Assembly (NCBI GenBank): GCA_030141605.1
Contig: JAQGDQ010001067.1
Span: 1,692 to 65,691, forward strand
Origin: Tubiluchus corallicola
Taxonomy: Eukaryota; Animalia; Priapulida
DNA: 64,000 nucleotides
Direction of reading: 5' to 3'
Of the stretch, positions 37,551 to 52,500 are shown one piece after another. The translations under genes were made by a program, and so were the position numbers. Within the stretch, counting starts at the first letter, position 1. Each line of letters begins with the position of its first letter. The notes beneath the pieces are model-generated. The model was not told where the DNA came from, made no database searches, and worked only from the letters and a program-made list of their open reading frames with translations.

Positions 37551-40500
37551 ATGGATGATGAAACTGATACCAGAGAACAGATATTTCACAATGTTGTACG
37601 GGAGCACATTGTAAGTAATGCCAATGAATAAGAAACATTTATTTGTTTGCCTTCCAAATAAATACAGAAAACTATAAAAATCATGACAATATTCAACAGT
37701 ATTTAAAGAAGAGTGGGATGGCGAAAGACCAATATGGTCATCTAGTCTGCCATCCCTAAATAATGAAATTACTAATCACTGCATGGCTAGGAGCAATGAT
37801 ATTATAGTAAAAAGTAAAGAATGTAGGCAAAGGATCAAAAGTAAATTGATGGCGAACAATAGTGGAAAATATAACGTTGTGCAAATGACGCAAAACAAAA
37901 GTGAAAAATAAAAGTAATTAAATCAGTTTTCAATGAGCAAGAGTACACTGGTAGTTTCCTAAATGTATATAAAGCAAATAGCTAATTGTTTAATCAGTGA
38001 AGCGAAGTATAGTATATAATTGTATGTTCATATTGTTTTTAACTCACTGAATAAGAAGTAAAATTGTAAGCAAAATAAAACAAATTGTTAAAGCAACTTG
38101 GAATTATGTTACATAATGTTTTAATTTTACATGTTGTACATACTAGTGAAGCATTGTTTTTAAAAATTTAGAACGATATGATATTTATGATTAAGGTGTT
38201 TGATACTGTAATATTGTAGAAATTATGGCAAACACTGGATTAAATAATGCTGATGTATTGATAAACGAGTACACTACTTGCAAAGGAAACTTGTTAGTGT
38301 TAAGTACATGCCTTTAACTATTGATAATAATACAAATAAAGCAGATGACGTAATCACTGTAGGATTAGACTAACAATTGGAAGAGCTAACAAAAGAAAAG
38401 AAAGCCAGCTAACTAGAGTGTCCGACACTATTTAATCGGAAATGTGTATATACTATAAATTGCTAAACAGTACAATTTCTTTGCATTTAATTGACACTAT
38501 ATTTGTTTATTAAAGTCAAACTATATTGCTTGGCTAATACATGGAGCGAATTTACATTTTTTCAATACACTACTCAACTCATTTAATAAAATTATTCCTT
38601 TATTGCTTTATGGAATTCAACACCCCCCTCACCCCCCCCCCCCATAATCTATGATATCTAAATTGATAAAAATTATCATGTGTAACAGGTCTTGTTGAAT
38701 TGTTGTGTATTTGACTAATTTTAATAAATAGTTACTGTATAATTCTGGGAGCAAGTTGTTAGTGTATCTGTACACAAACGTAGCTAATTCCAGTTTGCAA
38801 ATGTCTCTTAGTTTTAGTAGTTTGAGTTTGATGTATGAAGGAGTTGCGTGATCGCAAATTTTGGCGAAAGTCATTATTTTTACAATTTTGTTTTGTGCAG
38901 TCGTTACAGGTTGCAGTGTACTAGCTAATGCAATACTAGCTTATGCCCCAACGTAAAACGCATTACTGCAAGTAGGGGTAGACAACAAAAAGATACGCCA
39001 TTTGGAGAGTTGGGATATCCACATATTGTCTTAACGTCCACGTAATGATTCCTCATCAGTACCCAGTGATTCGTTATCATTCATAATTTTATACTTTTTC
39101 ACAATAGTTAAATTATTATCATTACGATTAGCATCATCTCATTGTCATTTTCTTAGTTGACAAAGTAAAGAATCAGTAAATAAACAAAATCAGTAGTGGT
39201 GATAATAATAATAATAATAATAAGACTATTATTACACATATATGAGTGTATGAGGAATGATGAGGCAAAGATACACTGGGCTGAAGTACGCACCATCACA
39301 AATGGATGTTATTTTAACCTCCAATAATTACTCATTCTATTTTTAAATATCTACTTTTTAGCATCACACTTGGCATCTTCAAAAGGCAACATATGACTAT
39401 GCAATTTGTACTGTACTGTACTGTATTGCAATATACTAGATACCTCCTATGTGGTGTACATGGAGGTGGAATGTTTTACAGATAAATCACGTTAATTAGA
39501 TGCTAAGGAAAGATTGATCAGTGATCAGTAAATAAAAATTAATCAATAAGGCTGACTGCTCATCACCAGATGACATTCGTTGCCAAATAGATGCTAATAC
39601 CTTCTTCTTAATGGAAAAAGAAAAACTAGCAATGTAAATATTTATTATCAGTGAGCAAGTCGTTAAAGTTATGAGCATATTTTGCAGAGAAGGTAATCTT
39701 GTGAAGCAAACTCAAATTAGCAGGTGGCAATTGAGTACCACCTAGAACACAAACAAATACTATCTAAAATTTCAGTGTTTATATACCTGTAGCACTGAGC
39801 TACTAGAACAGATTTCTGGCACTCAATTATTGAAACTATACTTTCTTGAATTTCTGTGAAAGTTTTTCTTCTTCCTTCTTCCTGTGATCATGTGTTATTG
39901 TATGATTTTTGATGATAGTCAAAAAATCTCTTTGTAGCTGGTTTACCCACACCATGTACAAGGCAACCACATTTCCTTCTGATTCTTCATGGAGTAAGTG
40001 GCAAGTTGAAATTATTGAAGTCTAGGATCATGATCACTTTCTTTTAATGCTGGCCTTAATTCTGTTTGGGAATTGGGTGGAAAACAGAAGGCCAACTCTT
40101 CCTAGCATAATTTTCCTATTGTCTTTCTTCTGTCACCCTCATTCTCTTCATCTTCTAATGGCGTCTATTTCAGTTTATTCTCACTCATTTTTTCTCTCTG
40201 ATTAGCAAAAAGTGATTTCTGCTAATTGCCTTCCTATAGCATGCTTCCTCAGAACAATTTCAGAACAGTCACTTACAGTTTTTCATTATTTGAAGTTTCA
40301 CAAGGTTTACATGGTTTTGAGGATCTACTTTCAGTCAATGACATTTTGATTGTGGTTGATCCCTTAGCTTCCTCAGAACAATTTCAGAACAGTCACTTAC
40401 AGTTTTTCATTATTTGAAGTTTCACAAGGTTTACATGGTTTTTAGGATCTACTTTCAGTCAATGACATTTTGATTGTGGTTGATCACTTAGCTGTAAACT

Positions 40501-43500
40501 GAGGGATGTATATATATGTTATTTGAGAAAGTAGAGATGCTCTACTACAAAACATGTCATAGTTAAAATACATTTTGCTAAACTTCAAAATTTGCTAATT
40601 TTTATTTCCAGATTTTTCTTCTTCTGATAATTATGCTCTACTTACTGTCTTATGCCATCATTCGGCTATACAAGCGCAGAGCAGAAAGTGATGACTATTA
40701 TTCAGGTAAGTGTGACATGTGCTGCAATTTGTTTTGCACATTGTAACATGAATTTACATGTATGTTCCAAAACAGACCTGAGTGCCCGAGGAATGTATCC
40801 CACAAGAGACAACATAACGAATTTATGTACAAGTGCGACCAAAAGTGATCGTGTAGAAATATACTTAGATCTAATTTGTAATAACTCTGTGGGTCTGGTT
40901 TCCTATAACTGTGCGAATTATCAATAAAAAATATAATTCAAAGTTCAAAAAAACAGTATGATAGTTAGCTAGGAAGATCAGATTAGTTTAGTTAAATTTC
41001 AGTACAGATAATTCTACATTCTCTTGTTTAACTGACTCATTTCTTAGGCATAATGTTTTTGAAAGAAAAAAATTTTCCTACCTTTTATACTTTTAGTCTT
41101 TCTGTAATAACAACTGAAGTCATACATTAAACTCATTTTCATGCAAGAAAGGTATTGAACTGTTTCATTAGTCAGAGTAACTTCTAACTGCTGTACATTG
41201 GAGTCATTCCATGTCAATTCACCCAAAATTTTAGATTGTCTACACCCGACCATCTTGGATTTTGATGAAACTTGGCAGTTATTGGGCCTTATGAAAATAA
41301 TTTGTGTTCAAAAATTTGCCTGAAATTTCAAAAATTCATATCTCAATACCTACTTGACCAATATTCATGGGAGAGGTGTTGTTTTAGTCAGGAAAATACC
41401 TAGAATCCAAATCCAGGCTCATATTCAGCCTTTCTGATGATTTTCTGTTGACGGTCTTTTGACCCAGTTTTTGACCTTGACCTTGACCCCATGGATAAAA
41501 AATCTTTGGCCCCAACGTTAGTGAGCATGAAAGGTTATCCTGTTAGCTACCACATACCAAAAATTGATTGACATAAAATTTTAAACATAAACTCTATATA
41601 TTTTCATGAGGCCCAATAACCATGCCAAGTTTCATCATAATCCGAGATGGTCGAGTGTAGGCCACTGGGTGAATTGACATGGAATGACCCTATGAATAAC
41701 CAATAAAAAAACTTTTAAACAAAGCATTTGCAACCAAAGTGCACTCAATTCTGTTTCAACCATATAAGTGTTGAAAGAAATACTAAATTAGAAAGCCTGA
41801 AAAAGTTTTGCACCTCCACCGGGATGCGAACACAGTGGCGAAAGAAAGTTGCTCATTATTAGATTTACGTAGCATATAAACAAGTCAACCTGCTTTTAAC
41901 TGTACATTTGCCTTTTTGATTATTGATTGACTGTTATTTCACTGGTTATGCTCAATACTCTGTAAAAATTTTCTTTTATGGAGTTATTAAAATTTTCAGC
42001 TTGCCGTTAACAATACATTAAAGGAAAGGGCAAACCTTTAGGAAGTTAGGCTGATTTCAATGTTCACGAAGAATATTAGAAGGACTTAGTAATAAAACTG
42101 CAATAAGCGCCTCGTGTAATTAGTAAAATCACTTTAAAGTCGCGATCACTTCATGCTTGGGCAATCCCCGTTTTCAATCCCCATTCTTCGACTAACGTCA
42201 TTCGCCTCAAAGAAAAGTTGCACACTGTCAGCCTTTGCCAAAAGTATAATAAGTTTTTATAAAAAAAATAGATAGCTAATTTTGTAATATTTCTGCGTGA
42301 AAATTAGGTAAGCTGCAGAAGTGTGAATTTAGTTTTAGCAATGTGCGCTGGCAGAAAGCCACGGCACGCTTACGAAAAGAACGAAGTCTCCCAGTTACGT
42401 CATGATTTTCAAGTGAATGGTGACCACCACCACACCTGAAAATTTCTATTCAGAGGTAGTATATTTGCAATTTTTCTAAATTTAAGTGATAACAGTAAAA
42501 TAAACCCAACATACTAAGTGACTTGTTCTTTCCTTTAAATCCAATAATCAGTTCTCTCAATTGCAGAAAGAATTAGTTGCTGCAGCATAAGTGCAAGTGA
42601 GTGTGTCAGCAAATATATGCTAGAGTTTTTGATTGAGACTGAAGGTGGAAAGACGAAAGACTGTGTACTACGTAGAATAAGTGAATTAGAATGTAGTGAC
42701 AAAATGTTGCTATATAAGTAGATGGTATTATTTAATACTGAGGTTGAAGATTATAAAAAGAGTATATTACAGTGTACTATTTCGATGAAATTAAAAGTTA
42801 TATTTATAATGAGCTGATTACTGGCATCTGTCAACCTAATTTGAAAAACATTTTTTTGCTTTCTGCAATATAAAGAACACAGACTGAGGCGCATTATTTG
42901 TATATCTTGCACTAGTTGTGCAGTATTGCTCATTTGTTTCAAATTCTGACCAGTGCAGCTATATTCGCTACACCTGATTAGCTTATTTTTTAAAGCATCC
43001 TGAAATTTTTAAGGTGTAGAAAAACTATACTAAATAAGCAAGGTTAGCTCAGTTCTGAATTAGTTTCTTTATATTTTAGAATTTTATTTAAGACTTTATG
43101 TACATGTCAATAGTGCAAACTTATATACATCACAAATAACTTAGAAAGAAATTTCGTCTATGACAACATCGTATACTTAGTGCAGTAAATAATAAACACA
43201 GAGATTTTTCTCAAACAATATTCAATCAAACATTTGCTACTAGTGTTTTAGAGATAGGAGCTTACATCCTACCTTTACAGTAATTAACCTACAGATTGTC
43301 AATTTGTGATATAAATACAAACGGTGCCTATTATGATGTGAGTGGTTTCCAGTACAATAAGGCATTAACAAACAAGACTGGTAGGTTTAAATATCTTTTA
43401 CAAGCATCAACATATAATAACAGTTTGTATGTGCTACCACATGATTTTTTATTGATAAGCAATGACTCTGCAGTAATTTTATTAACTGTAAGACCTTGGT

Positions 43501-46500
43501 AATTATTTTTCACTAATATTCATTGATCCCACCTAGTCACTGTAATGACAGCATCCCTAAGTGTCACAGCAGTTTTTCATTGGCTGTAACTTTGTGATTT
43601 TACTCAGTATCTCCAGTTTGGACTTCAGAGATTCTGGCTTACTCCGTATGCCCCTCTGTTGGTACTGGTCATGAAGTTGGTCGACTGTCCTGAAGTTCCC
43701 CTGTAAAATCCATCATTAATCGTGTGTTTAACATTTTGTGGTAGCAGTCCAGGACTAGGATCTTCAAAGCCAGTGCCACCAGGTGGTGCTAATCCCATGC
43801 CGCCTGTTTGAAACTGTTTGGAGCTTGGTACTGGTGGTGCCTGCACTCCTGCCATCTTGTAGTTTCCTGGCGGCCTTTGTGCATTAGGTTGTGGTCCATA
43901 TGGTTGTGGGCCCTGTGGCTGTGCTTGTGAGTTGAGTTGGGGTCCAAATGGCTGTGACTGAGCTTGTGGTTGTGGTTGTGGTTGAGGTTGAGATTGTGGA
44001 GGTGGAGGTGGTGGAGCATTTCCTTGAGGGACCGGACGAGGTGGTGCTCTAGGGGGTCTTCGGGGATCGTACGCAGGATTGTATGTGGGACTTGGGCCAA
44101 ACACTGTTGGTGAACCATAGACTTTCTGCATTGCTATGCTGAATTCATATGCTCCACTTCCTGGTGTCATCATGTTGTGATTTTGTCGTGGTGGTGGAGG
44201 CCCACGAGATGTTGAACTGTATTGTGGTTGGGCACCCATGGGGGTTTGCAGCTGATGTTGTTGTAAGACAGGCGGTGGTTGTGCACTTGGAAAATTTTGT
44301 GTTGCTGGTTTTCCTGCATATGGTTGGATTGCTGCTGATGAGTAAGATGATTTCAACATTGGATGCTGCTCTGCTGAAAGTGCTGGGTATTGCTGCGTTC
44401 CTTGATAAGGCTGTATTGCTGCACGCTGTGGGGTTGCTACGTATTGTTGTGATGATACTCTACCTTGATGGTTTGTTTGGTAGGGCTGTGCTACTTTGTA
44501 AGGCCGTAACACAGGATGCTGAGTCGTCGTTTGATACTGTGTCAATACTGCGTGCACTGTGGATGGTTTATAAGGTTGTAGTACTGGATGCAGAGTTGTC
44601 CCTTGGTATGATGTAAATGCTGGCTGATATGATGGAAGCATTGACTTTTGAGTCACAGGTTGGTAAGTTTGTTGCTTTGGTTTTGGTACTGCTTGGTATG
44701 GTTGTAACAGTACCTTTGCTGTGGCTGCTTGATATGGCTGCAGTACCGGCTTCTGGGTTGCAGCTGGGTAGGACGGCACTACAGGTTTGGGTTTGACTGC
44801 TTGGTATGGTTGGAGTGTTTGCTTTTGCGTGACTGCTTGGTATGGTTGCAGTTTTTGGGAAGGGTACATTCCTATTGATGATAGTGATTGTAATGATGCA
44901 CCATAGTTTGGTGTTGACTGATACTGTGGTGAGCGTGTGATTGTCTGCAGATATTGTGGTGGTAGTGTGCTGTGTGTTTTCATTGCTTCCACTCCAGCAG
45001 TCTCTGGAGTTGGTGTTCCACCTGGCCCTCTCATTGGGTACATGGCATTGGTCAACGACCAATTATGTACCTGTAAAATAAAACATACTTATAACAGCTG
45101 TCGTTTCCATTCACAATAGTGTCGAGAGAATTACTATAACGATCCTGATATGCAGACTTATGATGTTTTAAATTAAAATGTTTTAAATACTAAGTTGCAT
45201 CAGTGTTTCCTCATTAATGTAGTCACTCTTTGTGCTTTCAAATTTTTCACTAATGTGATACTAATTATTACTGTTTTGGCTGTTACAAGTATTTTTGGGT
45301 GGTGTTCTGTGTCTTATTGGCCTGTAGTAATAATTATTTTAGTGTGAACATGTGGTGTAGTACTACTATTCAAAGTATTGATTTTGTTAAGACCATATTT
45401 GGGCTGTAGATTTTATGTGAGATTGATATGATATTTTATAATGTCATTCATGCAGTCAATAACAATTTTTGTTCACATTTTTTTTCTTTGAAATACATCA
45501 CAAGCAACAAGACTCATTGTAGACGTTAAACTGTAGACTAAGTCACCTGCCATAAGGGAGCCCGGTTTTTCAGTTTGGGTGCAATACACCAAATGCAGTC
45601 ATAGATCTCTAACAGATTAGACCTCAGACAGGTCAGACCCAACACAGGTTAGACCTAACACAATAGACCAGACTTCAAATGGACTAGCCACAGACCAGAT
45701 TTCAGACAAACCAGCCACGCACCACACACCACCAACAGATCAGATCTTAGACAGATCAGACTCCAGGCAAACTTCTCACAGACTGGTAGACCTTAGACAG
45801 ATAATCACAGACAGGCCACGAACAGACCAGCCACACGCCACCAGTAGATTATATCTCAGACTGATAGACCCCAGACAAATGTCTCAAAGACTGGTACACC
45901 TCAGACAGATAATCACAGACAGACCAACCACACACCACCAATAGATCATATCTCAGACAGATCAGACTCCAGACAAACTCTCACAGACTACTGGCAGACT
46001 TCAGACAGATAATCACAGATTAGATCTCAGACAGACCAGACCTCTGATAGATCAGGCCGGAGGCAAACCTAACCCCATATAGATCATCCAGTGACGTAAA
46101 ATTTTTACGTAGTGAAGAATTTTGTGATTTGTTACACAATGCAGCATTCATGTTGCAGTGTTACAATATGAACCTTTTCTTACATAATAAATCTTAGAAT
46201 CACTATGATAAATTTGGAATAGTACTAGCTACAGTTGTCGTTTGTAGTTGTTGCTATATATGTACTATAATTTATGTATGTTGCCGTGGGACCACTTATT
46301 GGTAATCAACGTATAAGTTGTTAGTTGAGAACATGTTTGTAACCTACTTACCAGAATAAAAACGATAAAAAACATATTTCCTAGGCCCATCCTGCAGTTA
46401 CTTCATGTGTGCTAAAAATAACAATTAAGATTTTACATTATGGCTGTTGGTCCCATATTTTTTTGTAGTCATTTTCAAATTGCAACTATTGTTAGTATAT

Positions 46501-49450
46501 TAAGCTTACTGTACTAAAATTAATACAGTAAATTGCTATCACTAAACTAGCATACATTTGATTAAAAAACTATTATTTGATACATTATGTATAAATTAAA
46601 TAACGTATTTACTTACCTTTTTGTTAATAATGTATTTGCTCTTCAATGTATGTATACAAAAATCGCTGTTTCTCACAAATAATAATAGCTTACGCTAACG
46701 TTTCACGTATCAGTCAGTATTAGTTATTATATGACACACTGACCAAGTCCATGCATAGACACCACAAGGCAAATAATGATGACAAATGAAAGTACTGAAT
46801 TGGCTGTAAGTTCCATGTTACAGATTAAATGTTCTACTAACCTTTAAATTTACTTGAAACTGACCTGATTCAAAATATCATAAAACTGAGCTCTTTTTCA
46901 TTTCCATTGTTAACTGGCTGTTCATGATGGGGTTAAGAACCATGAGATCCTGGTCGAGTTTTGATGTTTCTTTGTTACGTAGACACTCTATAGCACTTTT
47001 ATTTTTTAAAATTGAACTTAGACAATAGTTCACTTCAGACTTTGGAGATAAGATCGCAGTTACGTTCCTCAACTCGGACAGTAAATTTACCTACATTACC
47101 TCCATTTTTACCTTTTCTTTCTGTGACTATTTTTCAGCAAATAGCAAGTTGCCATTTTTATTTTGAGAGGAAATTTTTCGTTTTCCTTTGCCTAAAACTT
47201 GTTCAGTTAAAGACTTTCCTAAGATTATTTGTAGAAAGAAAACGTTTGTGTACAAAACCCATTGATGTGCTTGCTGAGCTTTCAGGTCTCGAATGACCTT
47301 TATTAAGGTTTTGATTTTGTTATCGGACCCAGAATGTTGACTATAAATGCAATTCACTATACTTTGATTGTGTGTCTGTCCAACATATTATTTTATGGCG
47401 CTGACTTCAATATGACCGTTGATAACTACATGAATATAGAGCTTTTATAGCCTCGTTTCTACCATAATTTACTCATCTATATACAACTGTAATCTGGTCA
47501 TACCACAGAATCTGTAACATGATCACTGTCATGGTAAATCAGCTATGTGGAATATCTAGCTGCCTCATCATCAAACAGATAAAATATGTCATTAAATTAT
47601 AAATACCATTGCAACTGCTAATAAAAAATTTTATTAGCTTACTGAAATGTGGGAGTTTACTATTCTTAGAATCCTAGAAAATTCTTATTTCCATCTCTGT
47701 TTCTTAGCCACTTTTACCACTTAAAAGAAGAAAGCTATGCTCTGCATATATATTACAATTGAGAATACTTATTCCATGATATTGGAATTGATTTTTCATT
47801 GACCGTGTAGAAATTGGAATCAAAATAAATTAATGATTGCTGTATTTTATTTTTATTCTAGGTGATGAAGATTTCATTGTTTACAGAATAGTGTAAGTAG
47901 TTATTCATTAATTTTACTAATAAATTAAATTTACTTGCATTATTAGTTAATAAATAATTAACTTTATTGTTCTGATAGTTTGACATTTTTACATGTGTGA
48001 GATAACTTTTAGCATTGAGTCATGGGTAGTCACAAATTTTACATTCAGAATGTCTGGCCACTGTGGGATTCGCCCATGAGTTTGAACTTGACAGAATGTC
48101 AGCTACCTCAGGTGTGGCTTATACTTGTTAGTCGTTGTAAAATTCTAACCCTTAAATACGAAAATGTATTATATTGCTAATAAAAAGGTTTGGTAGTATT
48201 CACATTGCAGTGGAAAAATGGACTGTCAGATCTTTTATGGCTGAATTTTCACGCCAGTAGCTTTACGTAAATTTTAATAGTTTGCAGCTGGGAAGTGGAC
48301 CTTGGTTAAATGTGTGAGTACATTTTATAATTACAGTCGTTCCCTTATTATAAACCTGGCTCTGCTGGGACTTCACTTCATAGCATGAGTAAAGCGGCCC
48401 TTTGAGAAAGAAAGAGTGAGAGAGAGAAACAGACAGACAGACAGACATGCTTCAAGTGTGTACAGTTCCTGCGAGGATAAAGCGGTCATAAAAGTCGTTC
48501 ATCGCTTGTTAAGGCTTTTAAAATAAAAGAGCTGCTGACGAAAATGAAATTCACAATTAACTGGGTGTCTAATCTTATGAAGGACATTTTACATTATTAA
48601 GGACATTAATTATTTTACTTATTTTTATTAAAGCAGGGCAGCTGTTTTTGAGCCTGGTGCATCCTGAGTTTTTCAATTATAACAGTTTTTTCACTTTATG
48701 AATATTACTGGCGATAAAGACAAATTATGTTTTCGTCCTTGATGCATAAAATTATGGAAGTGGTGTGCAGTGTACAAATTTCGCCTCTTAGAAAAGACCT
48801 TGATTTACCATATATTAAGTAAAACTGTCGAACTGTGCATCATTCAAGAGTTGATTGTGTCCTATCTCGTTGTAATCATAATTTCCAGATTGGGGAGTAC
48901 AGGTCGTTGATGAGTAATGTCTAGCTACAAAACCTCAATTTTTGCTGATCAGCGTTTTAGGATATGCTGTATCAGTTTTTGAAAATTTTGCCCAGTGGCG
49001 CGCTATAACGCTATTATAAAGTTTAACCAAGCACGAAGTTAACGTTGGCCTTGTTGGCTAATTCACGATAATAATAATAATCACATGAAATATAGTTCCA
49101 GATATCAGTTATATTTGTTGTTTAAAATGTAGTGCATTCCAGCAGCTTAATTATACTAATACATTTAATGAAAATGTTCTGGAATGCATCATGTCCTGGG
49201 GCATGAAATACTTCACTGGTGAATAGATGCACATCTCATTGATTCTTGGGTTACACAATTTCGCCATCTCCGAATGTAAAAACTGAATTTCTAGTCTTCT
49301 ATTATTATTTTTATTGTTATCATTATTATTACTATTATTATTATTGTTGTTGTTGTTGTTGTTGTTGCTGCTGCTGCTGCTTGCTGCTGCTGCTGTTGCT
49401 GTTGTTGTTGTTACTATTATTATCATTATTATTATTATTATTATTATTAC

Positions 49451-49510
<60 letters not shown>

Positions 49511-52500
49511 CATCATTATCATCATCATCATCATTATCATTATTATTATTGTGTTACTAAAGTACTGTTACGTTTAAGCTGCATCAAAATAAGAACTTGT
49601 AGTTTTTCTGCAAAAGGCCTACACTATTTATTTCTCAATGTTTCAGTATACAAGTTGGGATTGTAAACGACTGACTACGTGGGTTTTATGAGTCATACTC
49701 AATTACGTGTTGTACGATAATGAAACGTTTCGTTTTAAATTCATAAATAGTTTGATAAGTTGTAGATGTGCAGCTTCTTTAACTACGATTTGTTGTAATA
49801 CCTGTGATGTACCGGGCGAAGCTATCTAGTTTTTTGCCCTCAAACAGCTTTTGTAACGCAGGTTTTTAGTTTTTCTTATATTTAAGCATTTTAGCTTATT
49901 AAACAAGTCACAAGTGGAGTGACGTGTATTACAAGCCAGGCGTAAGCAGTGTGAATCGTAAAGCACTTAGGAATGCTGAAAGCCAGAACATTGATTGACA
50001 GCTGGTTGATGTTTCTTATTTGAGCAGGGAATGCTGAGATTTAGTTCAATGTACAGCACTGACATATTTTAAACTGTGGAAGACGGCTTTTCCTTGAACT
50101 GGATAAAATCTCTACTCGCCGCTTATTAAAGCTTTTACTGCCACACGAGCAAATAACATTCGCAAGGCAGTACACCACTAAACATAAGAAAAATTCGTGT
50201 AATCACTTAGAAATTTTTGTTGATCATTTTAAATCACTGTTTTGTGTAAAAATTTGCATAGGGAAGATTATCGCGTCATAACGGAGAAAAGTCACTATTT
50301 TGGCTAGGAAAAAAGTCAGTTAGTTCTGGTGGGGTTAAAATTAGTATTAGGGTTAAAGTTAGGGTTGGGGTTAGAGTTGTTTCTTTTTTTCCTGTGCCTT
50401 TTTTCCGGTGACTTTTTTAACTGTGGCTTTTCTACCTGGATTCAATTATGTGTGGTAATTGCAAGCTGTGATAGTAAGTTCGCAATAAATGCTCCAGGTT
50501 CATTATTAGACGCCGCTTTAAAAAAGCAAAAGGTTCAATCCGTGAACTCTTAGCCTATAGTCTTCACATCAGTATAGTCAGCTGATAAACTTTATATCTA
50601 CTGTATTTCACCTCGTGACAGCAGTGACGTGAGTGAATACACGTTCTTAACAATATCCCTTACTGTTTGGTATGGCGCTACCACGCTGGGTGATCGCTAT
50701 GCTCTTGACCAAATTGTTAAATCCGCCGCAAAAATTGTAGCAATTCAACAGCAATCTATGGCATATTCGTATGAAACTCGGGTCATAAAGAGAGCGCAAG
50801 TTATCATGAAAGATGAATTCCATTCACGTAATAAATACTTTGAAATGCCCCCTCTGGTCTTAGATGCCGCTCAATTAACACTAAAGCACAAGAAAAGTCT
50901 TTCTATCCTGTTGCAATTCGCACCATCAACAGTTAATTTCAGTAATCTCCAATACTAATTTTCTATGTCACTGTACAACTGATTAAATTATTTGTGTTAC
51001 TCTCCTCTTTGTTTCTATAAGTTATTGTAGTACGTAAAACCACACAAATTTCATTGTATGTATTATGCTATAGGTTTTACATGTCAAATGTAGACACAGG
51101 AAAGTTCAAATGTGACTTAGGTAAGTCAAATGTAGACATAGGAATTTGGAATGAGTTTTGGTAACTCAAATATGACTTAGGTAAGTCAAATGTAGACATA
51201 AGAATTTCGAATGTGTTTTGGTAACTCAAATGTGACTTAGGTAAGTCAAATGTAGACTTAGCAATTTTCAATGTGTTTTGGTAACTCAAATGTGACTTAG
51301 GTAAGTCAAGTGTAGATGCAATGAACGTTAAGAATGTAGTGGCATTGGTTCCCACTTCCCAATGAACAGTGAATCACTAATTAGTTTTTCAAGTAATGCA
51401 TTAGCACTGCATTAATGAATTAGTTTCTCTCAAGAAACATTGTTTATTTTAAGAATGTATTGTTTTCTCTAACAGTTCCAATGGTATGTAAAGTTTGCAG
51501 AATATTAGTGGACTATTAGTAGGCCTATAACGTTGTTACTTTAAATTATGAGCAATTATTAAATTGAAATTAAAGAAGATTAAATTTAACATCGTTAAAC
51601 TGTAACACTTATCCACATTTGAGATACCAATGTCACATTTGACTTGACATGTGTCTACATTTGACTTACCAAAAACGCTCAAGATTTGTTGAAAACCATT
51701 GTTAACACATTTGAACTACCTAAGTCTACATTTGAGTTACCAAGACACATTTGAATTACCTAAATCTACATTTGAGTTAACGCAGGTCTACATTTGACAT
51801 GTAAAACCTATATAATAACAATAAATTGCTAGCTTGCTTGCTTAGTCAATACAAAATTATATGAGTTAGCGCAAAACTTGAAACCAACCAGCGTCAGTTA
51901 ACTTATATTACCAGGCGGCCGTGTATTGACTTTGACCTTCCTTGAGTGCTAGTTCAAGGTCAAAATGTCTATTCGCTCCAACTCAAAAACTATATGGAAT
52001 ATGGCAACTAAACTTAAGTGACGTATATTCATATAGTGCCAAGTGGATACAGGTTTTAATGTAATAGTCAGTGACCTTTTAGGAAAGGTCAGCGTCGAAC
52101 GTTATTTCACTAAGATCAAGTGACCTGTGGCCCATGAGCATGCTTCCTCTTTGCTTCCTCTCTAGTGAATAAACGAATGAATAAGGTAAGTGAACAACTG
52201 ATTCAACCAGGTAATTAAACCGCCAACGGATAACTAAAGAAGTTCATCAGCCAACCAGCTAACAAACGAAAAAGTAAACGAATAGATGAGCAAATAAAGG
52301 GAGAAGGAAAGCAAAAACCAGATTACCAGTCAATCCAAGAACAAATAAAGATAGAAGTTTAGCTGGGCGCCTGTGAATCCAGGAAGAGCTAACGTAGACG
52401 AAAATCTGCAACACATTATTTAATTTTATACGTCGATAATTCTCATTTTCTTATGAAACATATCACTTTTAAGTTTATTTCAATTCATCAGGTTAATCAT

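Noticed and set aside
43789-45062. Alternative-frame and antisense ORFs overlapping the QPY-rich gene
   Set aside because: Expected by-products of a low-complexity, stop-poor coding exon; only the 476-aa frame joins a signal-peptide exon.
46878-47357. Short ORFs upstream of the nested gene, possibly a second nested gene or LINE ORF1 relic
   Set aside because: Fragmented, with no recognisable motif and no consistent splice structure.
49151-49577. Poly-Ile/Leu/Cys ORFs
   Set aside because: Compound trinucleotide microsatellite.
50329-50380. TTAGGG-like telomeric motifs
   Set aside because: Only a few degenerate units in an intron; not a telomere or a meaningful interstitial array.
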